Assembly (NCBI RefSeq): GCF_009914755.1
Contig: NC_060931.1
Direction: 5' to 3' (one strand)
Length of the DNA: 64,000 nt
Source: the human T2T-CHM13v2.0 reference genome, Homo sapiens
Shown: positions 29,601 to 43,364 of the stretch, piece by piece
Layout: every line of letters starts with the position of its first letter
Position numbering within the stretch: position 1 is the first letter of the stretch
The notes under the pieces: generated by a model
Database searches by the model: none
Told to the model about the DNA's origin: nothing
What the model saw: only the letters and a program-made list of their open reading frames with translations
Translations under genes and position numbers: made by a program

Positions 29601-30175
29601 AGTCTGACCAATAATGTACAAAAGTATCCATCTTAGCAACAGTGTATCATTAGACTTTTGGATTTTTGCAAGTCTGATAGGTGAGAAATGGAATCTCAGC
29701 CTAGTTTTAGGTTGTGTTATTTTAAAACAAATAAAATCAAGCATCTTTTATTTTGTTGAAAGACTTTCTGTATTTAACTGTATCCTTTGCTCATTTTCTA
29801 TTCTTGCTTTTTTTGGCTTTATTTCCAGGAATGTTTGATATAATAAATCTACCAAAATATAGGCTAGGAACAACAGAGTTTATCATGCAGCATTAGGGGA
29901 CAATACACTGCCACCATCATTCTCAAACACATAAGATAACTAGTCAGCCAGGAAAGATTAAAGAGTATGGCCAGGTCCAAATGAATGAAGGATCTAGAAC
30001 TCAAGTTGCCCGACACAGACAAGCACAGTCATGTCTCAGCCAAAAGTCAGACTCTGGATTAACATTTTCACAATGCTCCAATTTGGGAGAAGATGAAAAT
30101 GGCCTCAGGAGGCATCATGCTCAAATAGCTCATGGCCTAAAAACTCACTGCACTTCACAGTTGTTACATAGATCA

Positions 30176-30597
<422 letters not shown>

Positions 30598-31120
30598 CTA
30601 GCTTGAGTCAGACTCTTGGACAAGAGACCTTGTGGGGCAGACACCAAGAAAGCAGGACAATGACACAAAGTTAGCAAAGCACACAGCCAACTGGAGCCAC
30701 TGGGAACAAAGAATCTTAAAAATAGTTGCCAAGGTAATGACTGCAGGAGAAGATAACTATATTCACTACTGCCTGTTAAGACTGATTCAGTCATGGAGTT
30801 ATCTAGTTTTTAAATTAGAAGAGAAACCTCATTCTTTCTCACACTCCATTCAGGATTCTTCTTAAAAGCAGCTCTGGTTGAACCCTGGGCCTCTGCCTGA
30901 AGAGTTCTAGAAAAGAAACTTCAACATCAAATACTCTAGACAAAGAGAGGAGCAACTGTTTGTTGAGTATCTGCTATGTTCCAGGCATGGGTCTTACTGC
31001 CTTATACACATTTCCTTATTTAATCTTCATAATAACTCTTTGAAGTAGGCAGTGTGAGGAAGCTGAGGTTCAAAGATGTTAAGTAACTTGCCCAAGATCA
31101 CAGCAAAGAAAGAAGCAGCC

Positions 31121-31644
31121 CTATCAGGGAACTGGCCTGGAACTATCAGGCCCTGGTGTTGCTGACCATGAATAATGGCACAGAGCATCAACATCAGGCA
31201 AGGCCAGTCTTGTCATGATAAATCAACATGAAAACAAGGCTTCTCTGTAATCATGCCTGAACACAGACAAAACATGAACACGTTCAAAGCACAAAAATGA
31301 TCAAATACCACCCCCCTTCCAATCATTAGCAGTCCTAATGAGTGACTGCTGCTTCCTGACCAATCACAGCTATAGCCTCTCTCTGGCCTTCTCTCATTTT
31401 TGACGAGATTTACGAGGATACTCAATCACAGAACTTCCCCTGCTTCCCTGACCACATCCAATTCAGAGCAAAGCCCTCTTTCCCCAAATCACCTACTACA
31501 TGCCCAAATCCTCTGTCCTTTCTAACACCTCTTATTGAGACATCTCAGGGTTCCCCATGGTGTCCCTCACTTTAAGGAGAAATAAACCAACTTATTGAAC
31601 TGACAGTGTGTTCCTGGAGGTCTTTGACTGGAGGGGATTGAACA
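31121..31644 (+). mobile_element. MER77-like ERV solo LTR inserted into a MIR
   Basis: CCAAT boxes, AATAAA at ~31581 and the end tgtgttcctggaggtctttgactggaggggattgaaca. MIR sequence flanks it at ~30950-31105 and ~31645-31720. Confidence 0.6.
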
Positions 31645-32230
31645 TCACATAGAGAATCAGTGCTGAGCCAAGATTCCACCCGAGGTCCACCTGACTCCAA
31701 AGCCTGTGCCCTTGACCACTCTACTCTGCTGGCTCCCTGTTCAGCTTTTTTTCTGTTCTAATGTGGGCCTCATATGACTCATTCTGTAACATAAGAAAGT
31801 GCCCTTGAAAAAGGTAAACCTCAGTTACGGTGGAAACAGAAATCATTGCTATGGAACATGTGTCATTTCCTTTCTATCTGGGGAGACGAAACATGGCTGT
31901 ACTTGTCTACTTGTCTCATTGTTAGCAATTTCAGCATACTTTGAATTAGTTTTAGTTTTCTAGATAGCAAAGTGCAATTGGGTCTATTAAATTAGAACAG
32001 AGGTGGCATCTTTTATCTTCCTATCCCTACAGCCCAGTACCTGAGCTCATTTTTAATGAGAAGACAAATTAATATTTCATCATTTCTTTCTAAAATAAAA
32101 ATCGGTATGTGAACGCAATGATGGTCATAAGACAGGCAGGAGCTCGAAAGGAGAAGGAGAGTGAGGCGCCAAAGGCTTTGGGGAAGTGGAGTGGGTAACA
32201 GAGGGCAGTCTGGGTAAGAATAGAGAAGAT

Positions 32231-32380
32231 GCGGTGTGGTGGCAGGCACCTGCGGTCTCAGCTACGGGTGTATGGGAGGATCCCTTGAGCCCAGGAATTC
32301 AAGGCTGCAGTGAGCTAGGATAGTGCCACTGCACTCCAGCCTTGGTGACAGAGCGAGACCCTCTCTCAACAATAACAAAG
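32231..32380 (+). mobile_element. Alu right monomer (FRAM or truncated AluJ)
   Basis: ggtgtggtggcaggcacctg...gccactgcactccagccttggtgacagagcgagaccct. Confidence 0.85.
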
Positions 32381-32929
32381 AACCTAGCCAAGGGACCGTG
32401 GCTAGGGGGTTGGGCCCTTTCTCTCTCAGATCTACCTAATGGTCTGGGCTCAACTTCTCCTTTAGAAAAAGAGCTTGGTGGTGGTAGATTGTGAAGACAA
32501 TTAATTTCACTCTTCAGCTGCTTCTCCAACCCCACAGCACTCCTTTCATTCCACTTGGACTTGCCCCACCTGCCTGCGTCTCGAGGACAGCGACCGCAAG
32601 CCATCCATCCCTTTCATTATCCCATTCACTATTCTGGACAGAGTAGACTCTGGAGGAGTGGGTGGTCGGTGTGTTCAGTCCACAACCAGCGCTTTTCTAA
32701 GAGGTGCCCTCTAGTCTTTCCCCTCGGGGTGCAGACGGCAAGCGGCTCTGGAAAGGGTCAGAGGTCCTCAAATGGAGACCAAAGGAAGCCACGCGGGCAG
32801 CTCTTGAGAGCCATTCCAGCGCATGCCAGGCACACCGAGTGGGGCTTGGCCTCCTCCCCAAGCTAGGAGCTCTCTAGATACCGGAGCAAAGTGGAGGGGG
32901 ACTTTTTTCCGTCCAGAGAGACTGAACTC

Positions 32930-33880
32930 CGTATCTGTTCCGCGGTCCGCCTCCCTGCACACACGCCCCCGAGCCGGGAGAGCCTCCGCAGCACCCAGAG
33001 AAGAGACCGGAACACAAAGGATGAACGAATGGGGAGGGGGGGTTTGGGGGGTTGGGAGAACGAAAATACCAGCTGCGCTTCCAACATCCAAGGAAGGAAG
33101 TGGCAGCGGGGACGGGGAGAGGATGGGAAGGGGATGCTGACTGCGAGTTGGGGCGGGACGCGGTGATGGGAGGGGACCGGGCCGGGAATGCGGGAGGCGA
33201 GGGGAGCGACGGGACCTGCCGTTCCGGCGGCCGGGCAGCCAATCGATTCGTCTCCCCTAGGAAGGAGCGAGGGGAGGGTGGCCCAGAGAGAAAGCGCCGC
33301 GCGGCCTCGGCTGCCCCCGGCCCGGGACACCCAAACAGACCAAAGAGGATCCGGAGTGGAGCCCGGAGCGGATCCCGCAGCCCGCGCCCGCCGCGCACTT
33401 ACCCGCGCGCCCGCTGCTGGGTCCCCGGCAGCCGCGCCCCCTGCGCTGGCGGAGTCGGAGGAGCCTGCGCTGGGCCGGCGGGGGGCGGGCGCTTGGGGAG
33501 GGCGGAGAGAGGGCCCGCCCGCCGGGACCTTTGCTCGGTCCGGGCGCCCCAGAGCCGCGGGACTGGCCGCCGGAGGCTGCGGGAGGGGCCCGGGCCAGAC
33601 CTCCCAGAAGCCCCAGAGAGAGCCGCTTCCCCTCCTTCGTGTGACTCTCTGGGAGCCGGGTTGCTGACGGCCCAGCGCTCAGCCGGAGTCCCCGCGCGCT
33701 TTTCGGGACTCACCCGGGAGATGTCGGGGCCTCTCGGGAAGAGTGGGCTGCGCCTGCCTTCCGCGGCCGCCTCGCCTCTTCGCTGCGCGGGACCGTGGGG
33801 TTTGAGAGCGGCGCCTCCTCGCGGGGCCGAACCCGCCACCCACAGTGGAGTGTGGACTGACACCGCGGCCTCACGGTTCA
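32930..33880. promoter_or_regulatory. CpG island / GSDME promoter
   Basis: Very high GC with dense CpG and GC boxes (GGGCGG at ~33151, ~33483, ~33499), surrounding the first-exon donors. No obvious TATA box. Confidence 0.93.
33403..33470 (-). other. GSDME: GSDME non-coding first exon, proximal (5' end approximate)
   Basis: Consensus donor CGG|GTAAGT at 33403/33402 in the middle of the CpG island. The TSS cannot be read from sequence. Confidence 0.75.
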
Positions 33881-34000
33881 ACCAGGAAAGTCCAAGGCCT
33901 GTCCAGCCTGTGGGAGCCCCTAATGCCCGTGCCTGGAGTAGTATCTGGGTGTGTGGTGCGACAGTGCCCACACTTAGGCCTGCCGCTAATCAGTGATTCA
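33714..34000 (-). other. GSDME: GSDME alternative non-coding first exon, distal (5' end approximate)
   Basis: A second consensus donor CGG|GTGAGT at 33714/33713 in the same CpG island. Confidence 0.65.
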
Positions 34001-37000
34001 TTCCTGTAAACTCCACTCTAAGCTCCTTGAGGGCAAAACCAGGCGCTCTCACACACTGGGTGCTCAACGAATACTGAACGAGGGAATCTCAGCATAGCTG
34101 GTGCTCAAACATTGCTTTCTGATGAACTGACTTAAATATTAGCTCTTTTTGTAACATTAGGACCAGCTGAAACCGATTAACCATTACTTAAGTTGTTACA
34201 GCGAGGCAGAGCCAAAATCTCCCGGGCGTGTGCAAGAGGGAAAGCTTTCTAATTGTGAACACCGCGCGCCCCGCAGAAGGCTGCATTGGCATCACCTGGG
34301 ACTGGTTAGAAATGCCAAAAACGCCTGACCCGCTCCCAGGTCCAGAAGACAGATTTAAGCTTTGCCTCTTGTCTCCTTGCCAGTTGACTGGCAATAGAAG
34401 TTTTTCTTTTCTCAAAAGCCTGTGCCACAGTTTGGTTTCTGTGTGCCTCAGGTTACGAGCCCATTGCTCAGTGACACTTTCAGTCAGTGTATCGTCTTCA
34501 CTGTGCAATGCTCTCTACTAAGCTGAGAGCAAAGAGTAAGAGAAAATGAAATTTCTGCCCTGCGAGAGCTCACACAGTATGGAGTTGTGTGGCTGTCTTA
34601 AAGGCTGTTCGGGGAGGGCAGGTAGAGAAGCCCGGCAGCGCTTTCCCTTGGGCCCCGCTATGCTTTAAACATATCTCTAGATTGCAATTATCCACCTCAC
34701 TGTAAAGCCTTTCCTGACTATCCAAATTAAAAGTGCTGCCCACCCACCCACGGGAACACCTCCTAGTTCCTCCTCTGCTTTATTTTTCTCTTTGCACTCA
34801 CCACCATCTGATAGACTGTGTGCCTCTTATTTCATGTATTATCCTCTCCTGTAAAATGTCAGCAGCATGAGGGCAGCTGGTCTGTTTTGTTCCCTATGCC
34901 CAGCACCTAGTTTAGGATTTGACACATGGTAGCTATCCAGTAAATAATTGTTGAATTAAGAAATGAATCCTTTTGTTTGTTTCTCCACCTAGACTGTGGG
35001 GCAGTACACATCCTTGCAGTACCCAGCGCAAAATAAGTGCACAATTAGTGGTTATTGGATGAAGAAGTGGTTCGAAATGGTCCATGGTGGTAGGCCCCTG
35101 ATTTGCTAATGTGATGAGATGTTGGACGAAAGAAAGAATCCCAGCCCTGTCAAGAGACTTTTCATGTATGCTATTGGTTCTCTATCATTATAAAATTATA
35201 CGGTGATGATTCTGGCTTGTTGCCAGAGATTATTGCATCCCCCGCTAGGGTACTGACCTTAAGAATATCCTCATAAACAGCATACTCATCAGGTTCCCAC
35301 CCCAAAAAGCCCCAGTCCTCTATCTAGATAGTTACCACTTGTAATTCAGAGTGGGTGAACTTTTTGATGCAACAGTTACTAAGTGGCTTCAAATTCTGTC
35401 ACTTTTTTTTTTGTCCTGCCTAGTCTTTTAATTAAATGCCCGAGGAAGATAGTAATAATATCAGCTGCTATTATTTATGTAGCACTTTCTGTCTACTGTC
35501 ACCAAGCATGCTTCTGAGTACATTACATGCAATGATTGGCTCATTTAATCCTTACAACTATTTGGGGGTTTCAAGTTACAAATGAGGGAATTGAGGCACA
35601 AACTGGAATGCTCATACAACTGGGAAGAGACAGAGCCAAGATTTTAACCCAGGTTGTTCAGCACCATCTGAGTTTTAACCCACCATAGGGTAGACTCTCC
35701 AGAACAGAAAATAAGAAGTGCAGAAGTGCAGTAGGGGTCCCCCCACCCAAGCAGTGTAGGAGCATGGTCTGTGTTGGGAGAGAGGGATGACTTGTGTTCA
35801 AGATCTCACCTGACCCCAGTCTGCTGCTCTCCCTGTCCAATGGTGGGGGGATGAAAAGGTTCTGGCACAGCCATAACTTTTTTAAAAAAATAATTGTGCT
35901 TATTATTATTGTTAAATAGACTATTTGAAGATTTCAGATGAACATATACAACATGGAAACTTTTAGCCCAATTGGAAAAAAGTAAATAAAAAGAAAACGT
36001 GGAACTCCAATCTTCTTATTCCATATAGATATATCCCCTTTGAGGAAATGGAGGGCTATGGAAAGAAAATCTCACAGGAGATCAATTGGAGTGGTCCTAA
36101 TGATGATGGTAAGCAGCATCTGCTTTCAAAAAGATTCGTTATATAAACTATGTTTCAACTTACAGAACTTCTGAAACACATCTATTGGGTGTCGTGTATT
36201 TCCTACCCTATGCCTAGATTCTTGCTAAGGAAAAATACGCAAAGGGCAGCAAAAGTCAATAAAACTCATTACCGGGATTTATTTCGTAAATGAATACACC
36301 AATAAACCAGCTCTGCATGGCTGCCATAATTGCTTCCTAGTTCCTTGAGAACCACATTTGGAGACCTGGACGCTTTCAGATTAATAACCTCTGCAAAGGA
36401 GAGAAAAACAGACTTTGGATCCATCAGATTTGGGTAGAATCCAGCCTACCACTTACCAGCTGAGTGACTTTAGGCAAATTGTATAACTTCCCATTTAAAA
36501 ATTACTTATAACATTGTCATGAGATTATATAAAGTACTCAGCCCATAGTAGCACTCAATAAAAATTAGTTTCCTTGCCTTTATTAATTACTTTTCAGCTA
36601 AAGTTGCCTTTAAATTAAGACTACATTTTTCACATATGCATAATTTTGCCTTTTACCATATTGATTGCTTCCCAGAGGAACATAGCTACTAACATAAATT
36701 AAAATAAAATTTGGCATACATTGATATATATTTTAAAACTGATTTCATTTACCTCCCTAAATCCCAAAAGTGCTTTTTAAACTGGAGACTGTATTGCCAA
36801 TGCATATTACTAATTACTGCTTTAAAATAAAAAGCTTTATAGAGGGTTAAATATGGTCCAGAATTAAATCTGTTTCTCTTGGTGTCCCAACCTTCTCTTA
36901 TTCAATTGCAAGGCACGGATACAGATAGGAGAAGAACTGAAATTACTTGGCAGCTAGCAAATGATCAACCAATATTGTCAAAATCAAAAGTCTCAATGCA

Positions 37001-37039
37001 AATATTATTGGACAAACAAGGAAATGTGAAATAATTTGC

Positions 37040-37950
37040 TGTCCCAATTATCAACTGCTGTATAACAAACTACCCCAAAACTTAGTGGCTTGAAACAACA
37101 ACCACTTTACTATATCTCACAATTTTGTAGGTTAGGGCTTTGAGCAGGGCTCAGCTGAGTGACTCTTCTGTTCCATGTGCACTGACTGGGGTCACTCAGT
37201 GGAATTTAGCTGGTGAAGGTGAATGGCCTGGTTTGGAGGGTCCTGGATAACTTCACCCATGTCTTTGCCCATTCGGTTTGCTGTAATAAAATACCATAGA
37301 CTGAGTGGCTTATAAACAACAGGACTTTATTTCTCACAGTTCTGGAGGCTGAGAGAGAAGTCCAAGATGAAGGCATCAGCAGATTCGATGTCTGGTGAGA
37401 TCCTGCTTCCTAGTTCATAGATAGTGACTTCTCAATGTGTCCACACCTGGTGGAAGGGAAGAACAAACAAAACAAGTCCCTAAGTCTCTTATAAGGGCAC
37501 TAATCCCATTGATGAGGGTTCCACCTCATGACCTAATCACATCCCAAAGGCCCCACCTCCTGAAACTATCACATTGGTGATTAAGTTTCAACATATGGCT
37601 TTGGGGGAACACAAACATTCAGACCATAGCATCTCATGTCTAGTGCACTGGCAGGGATGCCTTGAGGGTGGGACTGAACTTGAGGGTTATCAACCAGAGC
37701 CCTACATGTGGCCTCTTCATCATGGTGGTTTTTGGGAAGTCAGACTTCTTATAGTGGAGGCTCAGGGCTCCAAAAGCAAATGTTCAAGAAAAAGAAACAA
37801 GGCAGAAGCTAGAAGTCTTATGACATAATCTCTAAACACCCAGAACGTAATTTCCACAACAAGCCTAGATTCAAAGATAGGGGTGGTATATTCTACCTCT
37901 CAATGGGAGAAACAGCAAAGAATTTCCAGACATCTTCTATCTGCCGCCCT
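37040..37950 (-). mobile_element. Old MLT1 LTR with a nested MLT1A-type LTR (~37260-37630)
   Basis: Outer element: ctgtataacaaactaccccaaaacttagtggcttgaaacaac. Inner element: aaataccatagactgagtggcttataaacaac...cacaaacattcagaccatagca. Confidence 0.8.
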
Positions 37951-37978
37951 TGTTTTCATGAAAGAAAGTGGCATTACA

Positions 37979-38355
<377 letters not shown>

Positions 38356-39029
38356 TTATTATCAGCATTAAGGAAATTTGTGATGAATACCAGTAGTCAG
38401 CCACCAGATGTCCAATTTACAGAAATATTCAAAATAATATGATCCAGAGATATACAAACTTTTTTCATCTGATTATCGTTATTTTTAAATATTGTCCAGT
38501 ATCCAGGTGAGCTATACCCAGCATAGAGAAGTAAAGCCCATGCACCTAACATCTTTTTAACAAATATTTATTAGTGACCTACTAGGTGCTGGGTGCCATA
38601 TTAGGTACTGAGGATATAAGGTGACCAACGAGAATGTGCTTCATGCCCTCCAGGTCTGTGGGCTTTGTAGTATAGCGGGAAAGGCAGACAGATAAACAAT
38701 AAGGATAGAGGATGAGAAGTACAATGATCAGCTGTCCTTGTTAGGGTAAGCTAACTGCTAAAATGAAGTCCCAAATTATAATGGCTCAAATACAATAGTA
38801 GCTTATTTCCTACTCGGTAAACAGTCTGACTAAGGTACTTCTAGGTTTTGGGTGGGGTGGGTGGGGAGGAAGAACCACAGTCCTCATTCCTTCAGGAATC
38901 AGGCTGGGGGAGGCTCAGCTCCAGGTTGTTGAGGTTGCCCTGAGCATGGACACCTCGGGCAGATAGATAAGGAAAGAACCCGGAGACTCCCTCATGGGAG
39001 ATTTTTATGGGAGCGGCACTTTCGGGTAC

Positions 39030-39713
39030 AGGATGCATTCCAACACTCCCAGTGGATGCCTGAAATGGAGGATGGCACCAAACCCAGCCAGGATCAACTG
39101 GAACACGTTTCTGCTCATGTCTTCCACCACAAATTCAATGCCTTTTTCATCTTAAGCAAGCACTTACATCACATAGCGGCCATAACATTTGCAGTTCGAG
39201 GTGAGATAGCAAAACTAGCACAAATTTCTTTTCTCTTCTTTAGTTTCACAGAGAGATTTGGTTCTTGAAATAGATCTTAGCAACTTCAGCATACAATTTT
39301 TTTCTTTCCATATTGAGAACTTTCACTTTCTCACTTTACAGCTTCTCTTTGGAATATCCCAATTGCCCGCATCATTACTATTGCACAGAGGGGCCATTAC
39401 TAGATAAAATAAGGGTGATCCAACTCAAACACTGCAATGTCATGACAGCCAATCTGATAACCTAGATGGCCACAAAGTGACCAGCAGGCAGGCGTGTAGA
39501 CAGCATGGATATGCTGGACAAGGGATGATTTGTGTCATTGGAGAGGACAGGGCAAGACAGCATGAGATTTCATCATGCTACTCAGAATAGCACAAATGTA
39601 AAATTTATGAATTGCTTATTTCTGGAAATTTCCATTTAATATTTTTGGATGGAGACTGATAGTGGGTAACTGAAACCACAAAAAGTGAAACTGCAGATAA
39701 AGGGAGCCTACTG
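39030..39713 (-). mobile_element. MER44 (Tigger7-derived) DNA transposon inside an MLT1 remnant
   Basis: The right end is the reverse complement of CAGTAGGCTCCCTTTATCTGCAGTTTCACTTTTTGTGGTTTCAGTTACC, followed by TA. Confidence 0.8.
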
Positions 39714-41381
39714 TACCTTCCTTTGGCCAGAAATCAGTCACAGAGTCTCTCCTAATTGCAAGACAGGCTGGAAAATGTAGTCTTTGTGCTCCGGAAAAAA
39801 AGGAACTGGGTTTCGAGAGCAGTGGCCGACACAGCTTTGTACAAAATAATTTTAGAGGGCAAATAGGTGATGGCCAAGCCCAGAGCTTTTGTAAAGAATC
39901 CCAACTAGGGTAAACCAGACAGCTGAACTGATTTAAATGACATATTTTTGGATTGTATAATACATTCTGTTTTTTAAAACGAGCCGTTCTTAATCTTACA
40001 CCTGATTCCAAGAGTTATCTAAGAATACAGGGAGAGACTGGTGATAGAGTGGGTGTGGTTGATGTTTTCATCTATAACAATTTATTACTGATACAACTTC
40101 TTAGCTGAGTTATAATTGGAAGGGGAGTATGAGAATTGTGTACACACTTGTTGTTTGGTAAGGTCCTTAAAAAGACTAATTGCAATGGAAAAAGCAATTT
40201 GGCAAGGAAAATTATCCTGGCACCTGACTCAATCTTGACTGATTGCTAAAAGCACCAGTGTAATAAATGTGTTTGGTCTGAATGATGGAAAAGAAAACAA
40301 CCCTGCAAGTAGAGCTTCTGTCACCTTAGGCACCTGTGATATCATGAAAGCTTTCGTTTCAAACTGTTGGTAGAAATGGAATTTTTTTCTAATACTATAT
40401 GTTGAAACCTTCAAGCTTCTTTTTTTCTCCCCCAAAGAACTGTACCTGTCATTTCATTCTGAGGCTCCATCTCTGTAAGGAGTCTAGACATCCAGTGGGA
40501 ATGGGCACACAGGGACTTCAGAAATCAAGTCAGCTTGCTTTCTGCAAGTAAATCCATCTTCTTTTGCTAACTTTCTTATATTAAAAAACAATAAAAAATC
40601 AACACCACCCCAAACCAAGCAAATCCCAGTGTCAGTGTGGGCAGCCAACTAAGACATGGCTGTTTGATGATTTTGGAGTTGGTGCAAATGCTACGTTTGA
40701 GTTCCAACTCTGCCTCTTACTTGCTGTCACCACTATTCCAAACCTCCACTTCCTTATCTGGAAAGTGGGAATAATCACGCCTAGCTCACTGAGTTACTGT
40801 GATTAGATATACCAGCAGATACTTGATAAATGGTAGCTATGATTATTAGTTTCTGATTCCCTGGAATTCCATTCCATTTTACAAATACTGTTGAGTGCCT
40901 ACTGTGTACCTGAATAAATCTGGATTCCTGCCTTTAAGAAGCTTACAACCACTAGAGGAGTGACGTGCTGAAAAAGCTTTAAAAGGTCCCAGCAATTCTG
41001 ACTTGGCAGAGGGAGTTTTGGGGAAACATACCATAGAAAGACCAGCCTTTGATTAGGGCCTCACAGAGAAGGCTGAGCAAGCATGCTTCAAAGTTCCCCA
41101 AATCCATTTCTCACCTCTCCTTGCTCACCAAAAAGCCTGGCCCCGGGTAATGCTGGACCTCCTCTCTAGGAATGATTAGCCTTACATTCTAGAATTAGAA
41201 ATAGACTTGAGGTATAAATAGCCCCTAGAGAAGTCACAGTGCAATAAACAATCCCATTAAGTTTTAAATGTCGATACGGATCCTTTCTTGTCGAAAATGG
41301 ACAAAAAGTTTACAAAAAGAAAATTAATATGAAATTATTCCACAACTTCGCTATTTTTAGCTTAGTTAGAACAATGGGCAC

Positions 41382-41751
41382 TGTTAAATTGTTTAGCCTA
41401 AAGCTCCCTCCTTAGTATTTCAAGTTCAGCCTAAAGGTTGCTCCGGGTATAGTGAACTGTAACCTCACTGGATGTGTTAGGTTACAGTTCAGCCAATCAC
41501 AGGCCAACTGCTCAACCCAATGTTGAAATAAGGCAGCTGTGCAGCTGTGCCCAAACCAACTGTTTCTGTACGTCACTCCCCTTTTCTGTACGTCACTGCC
41601 CTTTTTCTGTCCTTCAATGTTATCCAGACATGTGGCAGCCCCAGAGTTGCTCTGAACCTATTCTGGTTCTGGGAGCTGCCTGAGGCAAGAATCATTCTTT
41701 GCTCAATTAAACTCTGTTAAAGTTCATTTATCTAAAGTTTTTCTTTTAATA
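41382..41751 (+). mobile_element. MER57 (ERV1) solo LTR
   Basis: tgttaaatt...tttagcctaaagct start, tandem tttctgtacgtcact units, and ttctttgctcaattaaactctgttaaa end. Confidence 0.85.
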
Positions 41752-42189
41752 GCACCAAGTTAGATATCTATAATACCCACATTTTTTGGATTGCTTATTT
41801 TTGTCCAGCATGATCCTTTATATACATCATTTCATTGGATCTTTGTACAACTCTATAAATTATTATTGTCCCTATTTTACAGATGGCAAAAACTGAATCC
41901 TAGAGAGGCAGCCTATAAATCTGGCACAATATATATGAGGATCTGAACTCAGATCTGAGTTCCATGCCCTAACTTTTGATTACTGCCTAATGGGTAAATC
42001 TGGGGAAGACATCAAACATTTAAACATAAACCTCAAAGTCCATATTTTTACCTTTAGGTAAATTAATATTCATTCACTGAAAACAGATTATTTCTTCTGT
42101 TCTTAAATGTTCTCTAGGTTAGTGACTCCTAAAACAACTCCTGTAGTTCAGTCTAGTGATTTCTATGGCCATGATATTAAATTACATTA

Positions 42190-42191
<2 letters not shown>

Positions 42192-42223
<32 letters not shown>
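42192..42223. repeat. (TG)16 microsatellite
   Basis: Direct read. Confidence 0.97.
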
Positions 42224-42224
<1 letters not shown>

Positions 42225-42298
42225 ATGTTTGCCTGTTTTCACAGTCAGCCTATACTCATTCATTTTGCTTTTAATAAAATCCAGACCCTGCACAACAC

Positions 42299-43021
42299 TT
42301 TATTTATTTATTTATTTATTTATTCATTATACTTTAAGTTCTGGGGTACATGTGCAGATGTGCAGGTTTGTTACACAGGTATACATGTGTCATGGTGGTG
42401 TGCTGCACCCATCAACCCATCATCTACATTAGGCATTTCTCCTAATGCTCTCCCTCCCCTAGACTCACACCCACCGACAGGCCCCGGTGTGTGACGTTGC
42501 CCTCCCTGTGTCCATGTGTTCTCATTGTTCAACTCCCACTTATGAGTGAGAACATGTGGTGTTTGGTTTTCTGTTCTTGTGTTAGTTTGCTGAGAGTGAT
42601 GGTTTCCAGCTTCATCCATGTCCCCACAAAGGACATGAACTCACCCTTTTTTATGGCTACATAGTATTCCATGGTGTATATGTGCCACATTTTCTTTATC
42701 CAGTCTATCATTGATGGGCATTTGGGTTGGTTCCAAGTCTTTGCTATTGTGAACAGTGCCACAGTAAACATACGTGTGCATGTGTCCTTATGGTAGAATG
42801 ATTTATAATCCTTTGGGTATATACCCAGTAATGGGATTGCTGAATCAAATGGTATTTCTAGTTCTAGATCCTTGAGGAATTGCCACACTGTCTTCCACAA
42901 CGGTTGACCTAATTTACACTCCCACCAACAGTGTAAAAGCGTTCCTATTTCTCCACATCCTCTCCAGCATCTGTTGTTTCCTGATTTTTTAATGATCGCC
43001 ATTCAAATGGGCATGAGATGT
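42299..43021 (-). mobile_element. 5'-truncated L1PA (L1PA7-like) 3' end
   Basis: ORF2 C-terminus ([22 protein letters not shown]...WIKKMWHIYTMEYY), L1PA 3'UTR and (TTTA)n tail. Confidence 0.93.
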
Positions 43022-43049
43022 TATTTTTAACATTTAAAAAATTATTATG

Positions 43050-43364
<315 letters not shown>

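Noticed and set aside
33052-33996. 314-aa plus-strand ORF and the overlapping 150-190-aa ORFs
   Set aside because: TTG start and low-complexity G/R/A/P composition. Long ORFs in several frames are expected in a stop-poor CpG island, and no domain is recognisable.
42529-43002. 157-aa ORF with Cys/His motif, and similar ORFs at 58293-58895
   Set aside because: This is the C-terminus of L1 ORF2 in 5'-truncated L1PA copies.
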